A stretch of DNA of 64,000 nt, from positions 1,211,966 through 1,275,965 of the forward strand of contig NW_005434670.1 in NCBI RefSeq assembly GCF_000315625.1, given 5' to 3'. Each line of letters starts with the position of its first letter. Position 1 is the stretch's first letter. The notes beneath the pieces were generated by a model that saw only the letters and a program-made list of their open reading frames with translations, searched no databases and was not told the origin of the DNA. A program made the position numbers and the translations under genes. Shown here in pieces: positions 31,546 through 44,301 of this stretch. The DNA is from Guillardia theta CCMP2712. Taxonomy: Eukaryota; Protista; Cryptophyta.

Positions 31546-31871
31546 GCGAGTTGTTCTTACAACCCAAACAAAGCTGATTACACAACGACGTAATCTATCA
31601 CTAGTAGAATTTTGGCTGCTCTGTCGTAGCATCTGCGAGATGCTTACAGTCATTCCATGCATAGGTTGAATGCACATGGAAGAAGAAGAACATTTGACTT
31701 TTATTGTTGAACACAGCATTTGTAGCTGAAGGGAGCTGTGGATTGCAAAGTTGCAGGTTTAACTTCCTGTCATGTGGTACCCTTGTGGCATTTTCAGACG
31801 TTGGAGTTCATTGCGGCCTCAAAGTTGTGCAATGAACATTCAGATTGATGTAACCGTATGAAGATCTAAAA

Positions 31872-34800
31872 ATGGTTGAAGAAACAGCGAAATTTGTTGG
31901 CTGGAGGCAACATCGAAAGGAAAATGTTGCCAAGGCTTCAGAAGCTCAGCTTAATGCTCGGCGAGGGAGCAAGGAGCACATTTCCATCTATATCTCCAGC
32001 TCTCCAGAAGATGAGAATGCTTCCCCGTCTGATTCCAAGTTCATGAGTCTGAAGTCTCGTCTCCGAAGTCGCGCACTCAAGAGCATGTTTGGACATCAAT
32101 CCGTTGTGGGCGAGAACCTGATTTTTCCTACCTCGACATCTCCTCTGAAAAATCTCGTTTACAAACAGGAAATGAATAGAAATTTTCGTGAAGAGACCTT
32201 TGATCCGTTTCCAGCAAAGTCATGCTGCATGGTCTTGGCGCCCATGTTTTTCCTCTCGGCGCTCGGCGAGATGTTTTCTTCTGAACTTTATGGTGGAGGG
32301 ATGAAATGGGCCATGTACAATTCATTGCCATTTTGGTTTGGATTTTTCCTCACATCAACAGTTGGTATTACAGTAAGTTTTACATGCCTGAGAGGAGTTT
32401 ACTCGAGATTTTACAATTTGATCATGTCTGTGTTGGTGGTGTGTGTTTTTTCTTGCTTGATTTCCGATTCCATTCTCCTCGAGCTCAGGCTCGTTCTCTT
32501 CCAAGCATCTTTCGCCCCTCAGATCTCGTGGAGCATGACACACGTACATGGTTGGCCCGTACAGGTATGTAACGACACGAACCCGGTCAAGACTATCAAG
32601 GATTGGCCGATGTTCAACGCAATAGGATGCGAAGGCGCGATGCTCAGTGGCGAGTCCTATGGGTTCTGCCTGGGTTGCCTGGTGCTGCCGATCATCCTCA
32701 GAATGAGTGGAAAGAGTGCGCTGATTGTTGCGTTTGTTAACTCATCTTTGCACACTATCTCCATCCTCTTGATAGGCCACCGGGACGTTGCCATTGTGAC
32801 TGCAGCGGTTTTCTTGCTCTCCGTCGGACTCTCGAGTGCATATTTCTGCGCATGCCAGACAGCAAATGACAAAGAGCAGTACGTCATGATGGAAGGCACT
32901 CGTTATGCAACAGACCAGAGCAGAAAGCTTGTGAGCACTTTGATCCCCGAGAACGTGCTGAACAAGCTAGCGGCTCAGCGAGGGGACGCCATGCTCGGCG
33001 TAAGCATTCCCCAGTGCTGCATCATGTTCTGCTCCTTGGAGCCGCAGGTTGTTCTCAAATCGCGTCCCCCGTTGGAGGTTTTTGATCTGCTTGACGAGAT
33101 CTTTGAGGCTTTTGACACGACAGTTGAGAAGTATGGCATGTACAAGTACCAGCATGTCGGAGATTGGTATATCATCACCTGCCCTCGTGCCTGCCGCCCC
33201 TTCGATGAGGAGCTCCAAGCTTCCAACTACCCGCCCTCTCACTTCGACGACATGGTCCAGCTGGGAAAGGAGCTGATTTGTATCACGAAGAGGTTCAACA
33301 TAGCTGGAGTGGAGCTGAGCCTGCGGGTGGGGATCAGCTTTGGTTCAGCAGCTGGGGCTGTCATTGGCGTACATCGCGCCTTCTACTGCGTTTATGGAGA
33401 CACGACCAATACTGCTGCTCGGATGTGTAAAGCTGCTCGTCCGAACCAGATCATGTGCTCGGAGAACTTTGCCTCTGCCATCCTCGTTTTCCAGCCCAGC
33501 AAGGTTATCTGCCGGCACGAAGGAAGCATGCTCATCAAGGGGAAGGGTGAGCTGGACGTCTATGATGTGGATTTGCATCGTTCTAGCATGGCATTGTCCT
33601 CAGAAGCTCATCTTTCTACTCCTCAGCAGAGCTACCGAAGCAGGAGGTCAACCATGAGGTCGCTTATCAGGATGGATAGCTTGGGGTCCTCGTCGCGCAG
33701 CAGGAGCTCGAGCTTTCAATCGACATCCCGGGAGCAGCAGACATTTTTCGGAGGAATCAACTACGAGATTGACATGCTGCGAATGAAGTTCAAGGACGAG
33801 GAGACAGAAGCGATGTTTTTGACGGAGAACGCAAGAAGTCAAAGGATCGCTATCACCATCGGCCTCTTGATTCACTTTCTCGCGGTGATGTGTGGGTTCC
33901 AATTTGTCAACTATCCCGAGCAGTCTTATGATTATGCCGAATACGGTGACATCGTGCTGGAGAGAGGCAGAGACCTCGTCCGGGCCCTCCTCACCGCACA
34001 CCTTCTTTTCGCCATCGCGTGGTCTGCGGGTCTGGTGCTGTACATGTGGCGGGGCATCCATGTCTGTAGGATCTACCAGTGGCACGTGCTAGGCATGAAG
34101 CTCGTCTTCCTCCTGGTGTCTTTCACCGCCTCGCTCTACCTGCCCTCGGAGGGTTGGCTCATCATCTTCCCAAGTCTCTTCGTCTGCATGAACTCCATCA
34201 TTACGGGCTTTCGCTTCATTCACATCTTCACCATCAACCTCCTCACCTTCCTCCTCTCTGCCATTTTCATCCTCCTCACGAACAAGCAGCAGGGGGAAAA
34301 GTGGCTGATCATCGTCGAGGTGCTGGTGACCTGCATGGCCATCAGTTGGCTGGGGAGGAGGATCTGCTTCGCGGAGAAGGAGCACTGGCGGCAGGCAAGG
34401 CTGTACGAGGCAGAGCTGCAACGGCTGAAGCAGATCCTCGTTGACCTCATCCCTTCCAATGTGGCGCAGCACATGATCCGGTGTGCCGCTAAGATGCAGT
34501 GCCTGATGCAGCGAGCCGTCGTCCTCCAGCTTGACCTATGCAGCTTCACCAAGATGTCCCAGGAGAGGAGCGCCATGGACATGGCGACGATGGTCCACGA
34601 GCTCTTTCTGACCTTCGATAGGGGCGTCATGCAGCGCGGCCTCTACAAGATGGACACGGTGGGGGACGCGTACATCGTAGCTGGATGGCTCTCCTGCGAC
34701 CGCGACTGGTTCCTGCAGGACGACACAAGAAGCCGCTGCAGTACCGTCTTGTCTCTGGCGCACCTGATGTTGGAGTCAATGGCGGAGTACCGGAAGAGGA

Positions 34801-35345
34801 CGGGGAAGGAGGTGAACTGCAGGATCGGCGTCTCCATCGGGGTTGTTGCTACGGGGCTGCTCGGGAGGATGCAGTCTCGCTTTCACATCATCGGGCAGAC
34901 GATGCTGGACGTGGACACGCTCGAGTCAAGCGCGAAGATGAACTGCGTGCACGTTAGCGACAAGTTCCTGCGAGGCCTGGGAAGCATCCGATACAAACAG
35001 CAGCCCCTCCTTCCCGGTTGTCCTCCTCGATCACAGTGGAACCTCTTCCGGAGGATGAGCTCGATCGGGCCAGATGCTTACGAGCTGCTGGAGGTATGCG
35101 ATGATCGATGCAAGACCAGGAAGAGGGCGGGGAGAAACAGCGTGGCGGAGGTGGAGAAGATTGAAGGAGAGGTCGTGATCCCGCAGGGCTGGAAGTGCGT
35201 TGAAGAGCTAGAGAGGAGAGAGTCTGTGTCCGGGTTGAGCTCTGCAGTGGACGGGGAATACAACAAGCAGCTGCTTGACAGCAACGGGCTGGATTATCGA
35301 GTGTGCAGGAGTTACATTCTTGCGCTTGATCATAAGGAGGAGGGG

Positions 35346-35398
<53 letters not shown>

Positions 35399-35408
35399 GT
35401 GTACATAG
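31872..35408 (+). CDS. Membrane-bound class III nucleotide cyclase with two catalytic domains (guanylyl-cyclase-like), paralog 2
   Basis: Same architecture and motifs as paralog 1 (KYQHVGDWY, FYCVYGDTTNTAARM, LQLDLCSFT, YKMDTVGDAY). Intronless; C-terminal Gly-Ala repeat from (GGAGCA)n. Confidence 0.9.
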
Positions 35409-35535
35409 ACGGGATGATCACGGGTGTCAGTTTCCAACGTTCATTCTTTATAACTTGATGACTTGTTTGATTTCTGTAAAGTGAAGAAGCACAAGTTTGT
35501 TTGTCCTCCCTCCTCCTGCTCCTCCTATTTCTAGC

Positions 35536-38458
35536 TCATGCAGCGTCCTCAGGGTCGATGAATTCAGTTCGAACTTCCTCGATAGATTGTTTGATCATGT
35601 CCTGCAAGCTTGTGTCAAAGATTCTGCCTTCCTTCTCTCTCTCACCCCGCTCTTTCCTCTCATTTCTCTAGTCGATCCTCTCCCACAACTGTCCTTGCTC
35701 TCCTTGATTGCTCCACCATCCTTTTCCTTCCTTGTCTGCCTCCCCGCTCCCCTCTCTACAGCCTCCTCCTTCCTCCCCCCCTCACCACGTTGTCCTCCAG
35801 GACTTGAAGTCCAAATTCCTTCGAGATCTGAAGGCAAAAGATTAGAGAATGCATTCCCCTCTCCCCTTGCCCCTTTCTAGTCTCCTCCCTTCCTCCATCT
35901 CTCCATCCTTTTCTTCTCTACTGCCGCCTTTCCTCTTCCTACCCGCTCCTTGCACATGCGGCGGGTAAGATTTGTGATTCCGTCTTTTTCCACAATGAGA
36001 TCTCGGATGCATTGCTTGATCTTCGCCTGCTCGCTAGTCAATATTCATTTCTGTACCTCTGCAAGTCAAACCTTCAACTGCCCTTCCACTTCTTCGACAT
36101 CTCCTTTGCCGTTCTGTTCGTCCTCCTTCTCCTCTTCCTTCTCCTCCTCCTCATCCTCTTTCCCTTTCTTCTTTTCGTCTTCCTCGCTTTTCTCATCCTC
36201 TGACTGTTTCTCAATTTGCTGCAAGATGTCACGATGGAACATGTAGACATACAAAGATGGCAACCTCCTCTTCCTCTTCCTCTTCCTCCTCCGAGACTTT
36301 CTCCTCTTCGGAAGAGGATTCTTTTTGTTTCCTCTTGCCTGATGGAAGCGAAGTTTGAGCAGGAAGAGAAGTAGAACAAGTAGCAAGTAGCTCACGTTTC
36401 TTCTTACTCTCCTTGTCCTTCCTTTTTCTCTTCTTTTCTGATTCATCTTTCTCTTTGCTCTTTTCCTTTCGCTTGCTCTGCTGTGAAGTCACTCTGACGA
36501 GACGACGAGGATAAGAATGGGAAGGGAAGAGGGGAAGGGATGATAACAATGGGAGTGAGGAGTGATTCTTCACCTTCTTGCGCTTCTTAGTCTCACTTCT
36601 TTCCTCCTGCTCACGATAAAATCACGACGATCATGAAAAGACGGAGAAGAACAAGGAGACAGACAAAGGGAAGGGGGGGGCGAGTAGGTAAGAGGGATCA
36701 TCACCTCAGATCCATCGTCGATGATGTCATCTTCGGGTCTCTTCTTCTTCTTTCTCCTATTCCAACATTCAGTTCTTTCACTCCCTCCTCCTCCCCCCCC
36801 ACTCTCCCTTCTCCCTCCTTCCTTTCCCACCCTCTCCCCTTCCCCCCTTCTCCCTCGATCCCTCGATCCCTCGCACTCCCCTTGCCCCCTGCCCCCTCCT
36901 CCCCCCCCCGGGTCCCTCAACCTTCCTGTCTCCCTCCCTCCCTCACATCTCTTCCTCCCTCTCACTTGCTCTCTGTGTCTTTTGGTTTGCTCTTCCTCTT
37001 CTTCGAATTCATCTTCGCCATCAGCGCCTCATACTCGGTCGTCACCCTATCAACTTGTCAATAGGCCTCTCTCGACCAATTCCCTCCCTCCCTCCTCCTC
37101 GTCCTCCTCGTCCTCCTCATGAAATTCGACCTCTCGTGATAGCGTGTGTGTAAGATCCCAGCTTTCTTCTGCATCTGTTCGTCCTCATGCTTCCTCAGGC
37201 GCCGCACGAGCATTCCCTGTGCTGCACGTTAGTTTCGATCCTCCTCCTCTTCCTTGGTTCCATTTGCTCCTCCTCCTCTTCTCTAAATTCTTGCTTGTAT
37301 CTTCCCTTTCGAACTGTTCTGCTGCCATACTCGCGCTTCCCCCACATTCTTCTCTTCTCACCAAGCTCTTGTACTCTCCGATCACGATGTCCCTCACGCT
37401 GACCGAGTCCCACATGTTCTGTAGGGCGTCCAGGATGTTGTAGGCGCTCGCCAGGTCAACATCCTTCGCGTCTACGATCTTATGTAGCTTGTTCCTCATT
37501 GCAAGGGCTCCGCTCTCCTTCGCCTCCGGATCAGCATCGTTGCCTTCCTCTGAGTCGCTGGCCCCTCCCTTGTTGTTGTCACTGTCCTCTTCCATCTTAT
37601 CCTCCTTGTCGTCGTTCTTCTCCACTGCATCATCGTCCGGGCGATCTACTTGCATCGCCTCATCATCCTTGACGTCCCCGGAATCTTCGTTCCCTTCCTG
37701 CCCCTCCTTCCTCATCTCCTCTTTACCACCCTCCTCCCCTTCCTTCTCCTCCTCCCCTTCCTTCTCCTCCTCCCCTTCCTTTGCTTGCTTGGCTTCCTCC
37801 TCCTCCTCCTCCGCCTCCTTGTCCTTCACCTCCTTGTCCTCCTCTACATCTTGTATGCTCTCTCTCTCACTCAGTGCATTTGAGGCGTCTCTGCCCATTC
37901 CGTCCTGTCGCTCCTCGGCAACGGGCAATGAGGTCTCCTCCTGCAGTCTCGCTGCTGAGTTTGGCTCGTCTTCGTTCACGTCCGCCATGGCAACTGAAGG
38001 CCAGCAGTCAGTCTCAAGCTTATCTTGCTAGCGTCTTGCGCTCCTTCACTTCTCCACTCCCTACAGTCGTTTGCGCACACTTGGATTTTGGCTGATCATT
38101 TCTCTACCTTGTGTCCTCAACCTTTCCTATCCTGTATGGTGATAGGCCTCTCTCATGTTTACACCTCTTGACGATTGACAACGTTCTCCTCCATCTCCAC
38201 CTTGGCTCCACATCTCCTCTTCGTCAAGGTTTCTCTGTTCTTCTCTTCTCTCCGTCCTCCCCCTCCCCCTCCTCCCCTCTCCTCGCCCCTCGCATCGCTC
38301 GTTTTCTTTTTCTCCGCCTCGTGTACGGTATGAGGGCCGGGGATCCATGGCGCCAACGACTGTGGCGAAGCTACTCCGAGCAGTCGATGGAACAGGAGGA
38401 GGAGGTGGAGGAGGTGGAGGTGGAGGTGGAGGAGTAACGAGAGGCGAGGAGCATGCAT
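35536..38458 (-). CDS. Acidic low-complexity protein with C-terminal DEK-C domain, multi-exon
   Basis: Last exons splice to KIKQCIRDLIVEKDGITNLTRRMCKER|ISKEFGLQVLEDNV|DMIKQSIEEVRTEFIDPEDAA*, which fits the DEK_C helical pattern. The start is either 38458 (signal-peptide-like) or 37988. Confidence 0.6.
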
Positions 38459-38583
38459 GGTAGATATGAAGAAGAGAGGGGGAGGATGAGGAGGAGGAGA
38501 CGGGAATGGAGCGAATTCGAACTCAATCTTTGAAATTCTAGAAATTAGAGCAGAATGCCAGCCAATAGTCGTGTGAGCTGCAC

Positions 38584-41416
38584 ATGGTGAAGGTTTTGCT
38601 CCTGTTCCTGTCGACATGCTCGCTTGTCCATGTCCTCTTCATAGCTCAGAGAACAGCAAAGTTGCATCCTCCGGTCCTTCGCTTGCCCGTGCTCGTTGAG
38701 GTGCGGCTCCGTGGGGGTCAAGATGAAACCGACTGGTGGAACTTTGAGGAGCGGACGTTACAGAGCGACAAGGAGGAAGGAGGAGCAGCAGACATGTGAC
38801 TCGCTGCCTCTCTTGTCGCCTCGGAACTGACTCTTGCTTTCAGCTTCCTTTCCGAATCGAAACCGCCGCAAGGGGATGTGTTCATCGCCTCTGCCCAGCC
38901 CGAGGAGGAGCAGGAAGGCAGCATGGAAGCAGCTCCTCACAGCGAGCAAGACGGGCTTGACGTTCAGTGTGCATGGATGACCTTCATCGACATGCTGCAT
39001 CAGAGGAACCTTTGCCAAGAGATCGTGAGCTGGCAGCCGCATGACGCGCTAGGTAGTGAGGGGAACGTGGCGGGAGGAGCGCATCTCCGACGAGCGATCA
39101 AGGCTGCGAGGTCGAGGTACAAGAGGTTGCTCTCCCGACTGACTTGTCTCACAGCAACGCTTCAGTCTTCCGCATCTCACCCCACAAGTACCAGCTGGAC
39201 TCAACCTGCCGTGTTCGTCTGAAGCGAAGGCTGCGGTACAAGCCGACGAGTGGTCAAGCTCGGTACCTCTCTTGCGTCAGGAGCGAGCTCAACAGGTTTC
39301 TCTTCCTCGAGCATGCAGACCTGCAGCTTTCCGAGCGCGTGCAGCTCGTCGGCAGGTGGGAGTTGAACATGGCGACGAGAGGGATGTTAAGCTCCCTCGA
39401 CTTTCACCTCGTAGCCACCCAGGCAGATGACACGTGAGAGTCGATGATTTCCTCCTCCTCATCCTCCTCCTTCTACTTCTTCTCATGCTGTCTGCAGCTT
39501 GTTCTGTGTGGAGGGAGGCCCGTGGGTCTTCTCCTCCTGTGAACTTCGAGCACCCGCAGCCATCGCCATGATCGTCGTCCGCAAGGGGAGGGCGAGCATG
39601 GTTCACTGCTCTGTGAGGGGGGAAGGTTCAGACAAGCCGATGGAGGATGGAGTAGTTTGCCGAGAGGATGTGAGCATGTGTATCTGTTGCTGGTCCCCTC
39701 CTCTATTTCTCTTCTCTTCCCCCCTCCTGCTTTTGTGAGTTGGGTCCTTCTTATCAGAGATGTTTTATCAGGCTGTTTTTGCTGCAGATTTCTGCACTTT
39801 TCGCTTCATCGGGATCGTCGAAGAGCAGGTCACGCCTCACTTCGAGGTGATGGGGGGTCGCCAAGAGGTGACCCTGGCATCAACGTCTGGCACAGTACTC
39901 TCGTGCTTCGATGTAAGCAGCACCTGCTTGCGCCTCCGCCACAACCACCACCTGCTCTTCTCCTTTCCACCCTTTCATTCCATCCTGATCTCTTACGTCC
40001 ATCACAGAGGAGCAAGGCAAGAGTCCGATCCTCCCTATTCCTTCAATGCGGTAACTGGTTGGCATTCTTGCGCTGCTTGTGAGGTGTGCACTGCAGGAAT
40101 CGGAATCATCCTCGGGGACTTTGCACAAGTTTCGGTTTCTTCCTCCTCCTTTCACGAGATGGATGCCGCGTTTGAAGTCTACGAGGATAGGAAGGTAGAA
40201 CCTCCTCCCTCTCCGTCCAGCACTCACCTGTCGCAGGATTGTTTCCTCTCAGCTCGTCAAGTGAGCGTGTCGCGGGGAGTGCAAGAGATGTTGGTCAACG
40301 ACACTGAATTCCAAGAGTACGAGTGGTTGTCTGATTGTCAACTGTGGCACTCCGACGATCGGCCTCCCCGTTTGGAGGAGCAGGACTGCAATGTGAGGGT
40401 TTGTAGTTTGTGATCCCGCGATTGTTTTGTTCTCCGTCATGTCTCCCTCTTCCAGGTTGGGTTCAAAGCGACCTACATCCACAAAGTGGAAGCGTGGTAC
40501 GACAAGTTTCTGCAGCTCATCCTGGTTCCTGCTTCCCGCCTCCTTGGCTTTTGTTCATCTCACAACATTGCAGGATATGAGTAGAATTCGTGCGCACCCG
40601 CTTGCTAAGGTAATCCTGCTCCTTCTCTTTTTGTTTCCCCATAACCTCTTCCCCTACAATCTCTTCTCCTCCTCAACTTCACGTGTTGCTGCCTCTAAGA
40701 TCCCTTTCTTTTCTTGTTTCTTTTCTTGTTGATTGTTTCTCCTATCCCTCTGTTGCCGCCATCCTGTCGACCCTGAAGGCCCCTCGCAGCCAAGATGGGA
40801 AAAGTTCCTGGAAAAGCATCCAGATTTCTTGAAGATCATGTCGTTTGACATGACGGAGGATGAAATCGATCAGCACATGTTCGTTTTTCTGTCTGTTCCT
40901 GCTGCTCTTTTGACTGAGAGCAGAATGGCGGAGTACCCGGAGTTCGAGAGGATCAAGGAGGAAATTGAGCGCAACGTCACTCAGCAGGAGCAGGAGCAGA
41001 GGAGCATCGTCTACAAGTAAGATTATCGCCCCCCTCTGTGTTGCTCGCTCTCATCCTCCAACAGCATCTTTCTCCCAACCCCGGGGCCTCCTGTACCTGG
41101 CGATATCGGACACTACGAGGTTGACCCAGAGAAGGAGATCCGATATGTGAGATCCTTGTCTTCTTTACTTCCTTCCCGCGCCCCCTCCCCCCTCCTCCTC
41201 TCCCTAATGACTGCGCAGGCTCTTCGTGCTAAGACTTACCTGGAGAGAGATCCGAGACTTGTGAGGTTTGTGATTGCTCGCTGGCTTCTACTCAGACTGC
41301 CACAGGCACCTCTCATTCCTCCATTTCCGGGTGTGGACGAGGATTACTTCCGTGAGGCATACAAGAAGCCGATTGAAGCAGAAGAGGACGCAGTTGCTAA
41401 AGCATTCAAGAGCGAT

Positions 41417-41451
<35 letters not shown>

Positions 41452-41488
41452 ATCAGTCCAAGATGCGAACACGATGCAAGATGAATGA
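38584..41488 (+). CDS. Signal-peptide protein with VRLRGG motif and probable right-handed beta-helix repeats, multi-exon
   Basis: MVKVLLLFLSTCSLVHVLFIA..VRLRGG; beta-helix-like segments VEGGPWVFSSCELR, GRASMVHCSVRG and GIILGDFAQVSVSSSSF; acidic tail. Confidence 0.5.
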
Positions 41489-41574
41489 AGGAATAATCAA
41501 TCCATTAATCCACAAGGATTCAGTGAATGAATTTAATCCTAGAGCCGAGTCTTCGCAATAATAATCTTCACCAT

Positions 41575-41784
41575 CTAGTGGAACACAACTGGGGGACCCT
41601 CCCAAGGAACGCCGTTCTTCCAGTAGTCGTAGGTGGAGTTCATCGGGGCGCAGCCGAACATGCCAGCAACAGCGCAGGGGGCATCAGGACCATCATCAGC
41701 GATGCCACCCCAGGCAGGAGGAGGACCGACGTCACCGGCGTGGTGGTGGGCCAAGAAGGCCTCCACTCCCATAAGCTGCAGCAC
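41575..41784 (-). CDS. Small hypothetical protein (probably a last exon)
   Basis: GC-rich, coding-like ORF ending YDYWKNGVPWEGPPVVFH*; no family recognised. Confidence 0.3.
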   Translation of the reverse strand: MLQLMGVEAFLAHHHAGDVGPPPAWGGIADDGPDAPCAVAGMFGCAPMNSTYDYWKNGVPWEGPPVVFH

Positions 41785-42684
41785 ATGTCATTGTTGGATT
41801 TCGTAGATGCGATGAAGTTGAATACATGCCAACCCGATCCAAGTTCAATTTTCTTTTTCATCAGTCAACAAGATCGATCAATTTCAAAGAACGAGAGATG
41901 TACTGAATACAACACTACTCACTGGATGACCACATTTCAAGGCAGGTACAAATAATGGCATCAACAGACACCCAGATGAAATGGAACACAAAGCAAAAAA
42001 AAAAAGCACAAGAAATGATTTGAACATCTTGTTTGAGTTTAAATGCACAAGATACTATCAACGATCATCACTGCAGCAACAGAATACTCCATGAAAAACC
42101 AGCTAACCCATCATGTCAACACACATAGCAAGACTTCTAAGAGTGACGGCCCATAATCAAGTAGTGAAACAAATGCCACAATCATGCTCTGCATTAATAT
42201 CTCCCCTTCTTTCAACATATTATTTACAGTCGCTCCTCAAACAAGTCGCAATCCGCTGCCATCTTACCTTTTGGAAGAACATTTCCCGTGCGAAGAGACG
42301 CGGCTCTTGGTTTTATACCATCTCAATCTCGTACCCCCCCACCCCCTTTATCCCACATACTACCTACCCCATGGGGTAACCGAAGAGCCAAGAGTCAAGA
42401 GACAGGTACCAATCCGGATCGACAGAACATTTTATGCATTATTTAAAGCTGCTCTTGGTACAATACTAAAATTATATAAAGTATGATTCCTACTCAGAGT
42501 AAGTCCGCGCAGGAGGAAACAATAATAGCCACAAGTTTTAAAAGCTTAGTTCAGTCTCCGGCTCAACTAAACTTGGCGCCCGGGTCATCTGGCCGGGCCG
42601 TTACTGAGGTTCGAGTCATCGGCCGGCCCGGGGGCGGTTGCCGGGCGGCCCGGAGAGGCGGACAGTGTGACGTACGCGTGCAAC

Positions 42685-43928
42685 ATGCTAGATCGTAGTG
42701 TTGCGATGGTTGACGGTATGATCGAGGAGCTTGAGGCTTTCCTGGGGGTATCGTCCAAGAATAATTGCGCCATGAAGGATGAGAAGAAGAAGAAGGTCGA
42801 GAAGGTGTGAGGTGATCGTAACGTCGTTCGCGGCTAATTGAGTTGTTAGGAACAAGCTAAACAACCTGACAAAGTAAAGGATGAGAAGAGAACAGAGAAA
42901 GGCATCGAAAACAAAAAGACAGACAGCAAACCTGATGAAAAGAAGAACAAAGCTGAGAAGCAAAACAAAGAGCCGAAAGCTGCTGGGGACACGAAGGCCG
43001 CACCTGCTTCAGAAGGCGAGCAGGTGAGATTATTTCACTTGTACGAATTATCATTGAAGTACACAAAATCCAGCCTGAATTCACCAAGCTTGAGCTCAAA
43101 GTTGGAGTTCTCACCAAGACATGGTTTCATCCAGATTCCGAAAAGCTTTACTGCGAAGAAATAGATGTTGGCGAGGTTTCACAGCTGTTATTTTCTTTAT
43201 TTCTTTGACCAACCCATTTTGTACAGGAGGCACAGCGTCAGGTTGCGTCAGGGCTCAGGCATCATTTTTCTCTTGAGGAATTCTGTACGCATTTTGACAC
43301 TGGAATACCCTATATTTCTGATCAGAAACTATAAGGTCCGGGGAGGAAAGTTGTAGTCGTTACAAACCTAAAGGCAGCAAAAATGGCTGGATTCGAATCG
43401 CAAGGTTCGATCTTGTCGTGCCTTTCTACAGCGAAGAAACTAATCACCTTTGAAATCAGGTATGGTGATGGCAAGCACCAGTCCTGATGGGAAGGTTGAG
43501 TTACTAGATCCTCCCCATGATGCAAAGGTTGCAGAAATTGGTTTTGATGTTCCAAACTCATGTCAACTTTTTCTAGGTTGGAGAGAGGATTTTCATAGAA
43601 GGATTGACAGGAGAGCCATTCAATCCTAATCAGGTCCAAAAGAAGAAAGTTTTGCAGGTACACTACTCCATGTCGCAATGACCTCATACTGAACTGCATT
43701 CCGCAGGCTGTTTTGCCAGATCTACAAACAAATGACGATTGTGTTGCTTGCTGGCAGGTGACTACTTGTCCTGACATCTCGCTCCATTAATTCGTTGATT
43801 TATTTGATCGTAGGGCAAGCCATTCATGACAAGTGCTGGCCCCATCAAGGTGATGTACTGCCGTACTTTCTATTTCGGATGACCGACATTCACAGGTTAA
43901 ATCAAACAAGAAGTGTCCAATCGGTTGA
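42685..43928 (+). CDS. Arc1p/AIMP1(EMAP-II)-like tRNA-binding OB-fold protein, multi-exon
   Basis: Lys-rich linker, then FTKLELKVGVLTKTWFHPDSEKLYCEEIDVGE..RQVASGL..VVVVTNLKAAKMAGFESQGMVMAS..KVELLDPP..VGERI..NPNQVQKKK..PDLQTNDDCVACWQG. Confidence 0.9.
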
Positions 43929-44103
43929 TTTATATTTCTTACAATGTCGTCCACAACCTCTTATTCCCCAAAATGGAACAATTAAAGCTGTTTTGTTTGT
44001 GTGACTGCGACTTATAAGCTTTTGCGACAAAGTGATGTTCGAAAAAGGGAGCTTGGACTACAGTATCCGTTGCACTGCTTCAATCTGGTCCAAGACGTGC
44101 GCA

Positions 44104-44301
44104 TCAACCAATTGGTTGCATATAATAATAAGGATCGTACGCTCCTGCTGCTGCACCCGCAGGTTCTGTGACAAAAGATCCTGAAGCCATGTACGAGGGA
44201 TAATACTCATTTGGTGGCGGTAAAGCAGGGGCGTAAGGGTACGCAGGAGGAATTAGGGTAAAGTACATTTTAGGCCCCAGCCTCGTATCTGAGCCCTGCA
44301 T
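44104..44301 (-). CDS. Small Pro/Tyr-rich hypothetical protein or terminal exon
   Basis: Biased, coding-like ORF; no homology recognised. Confidence 0.3.
   Translation of the reverse strand: MQGSDTRLGPKMYFTLIPPAYPYAPALPPPNEYYPSYMASGSFVTEPAGAAAGAYDPYYYMQPIG

Noticed and set aside
29971-31719. His-, Ser- and Thr-rich ORFs between the cyclases
   Set aside because: Translations of microsatellites and minisatellites.
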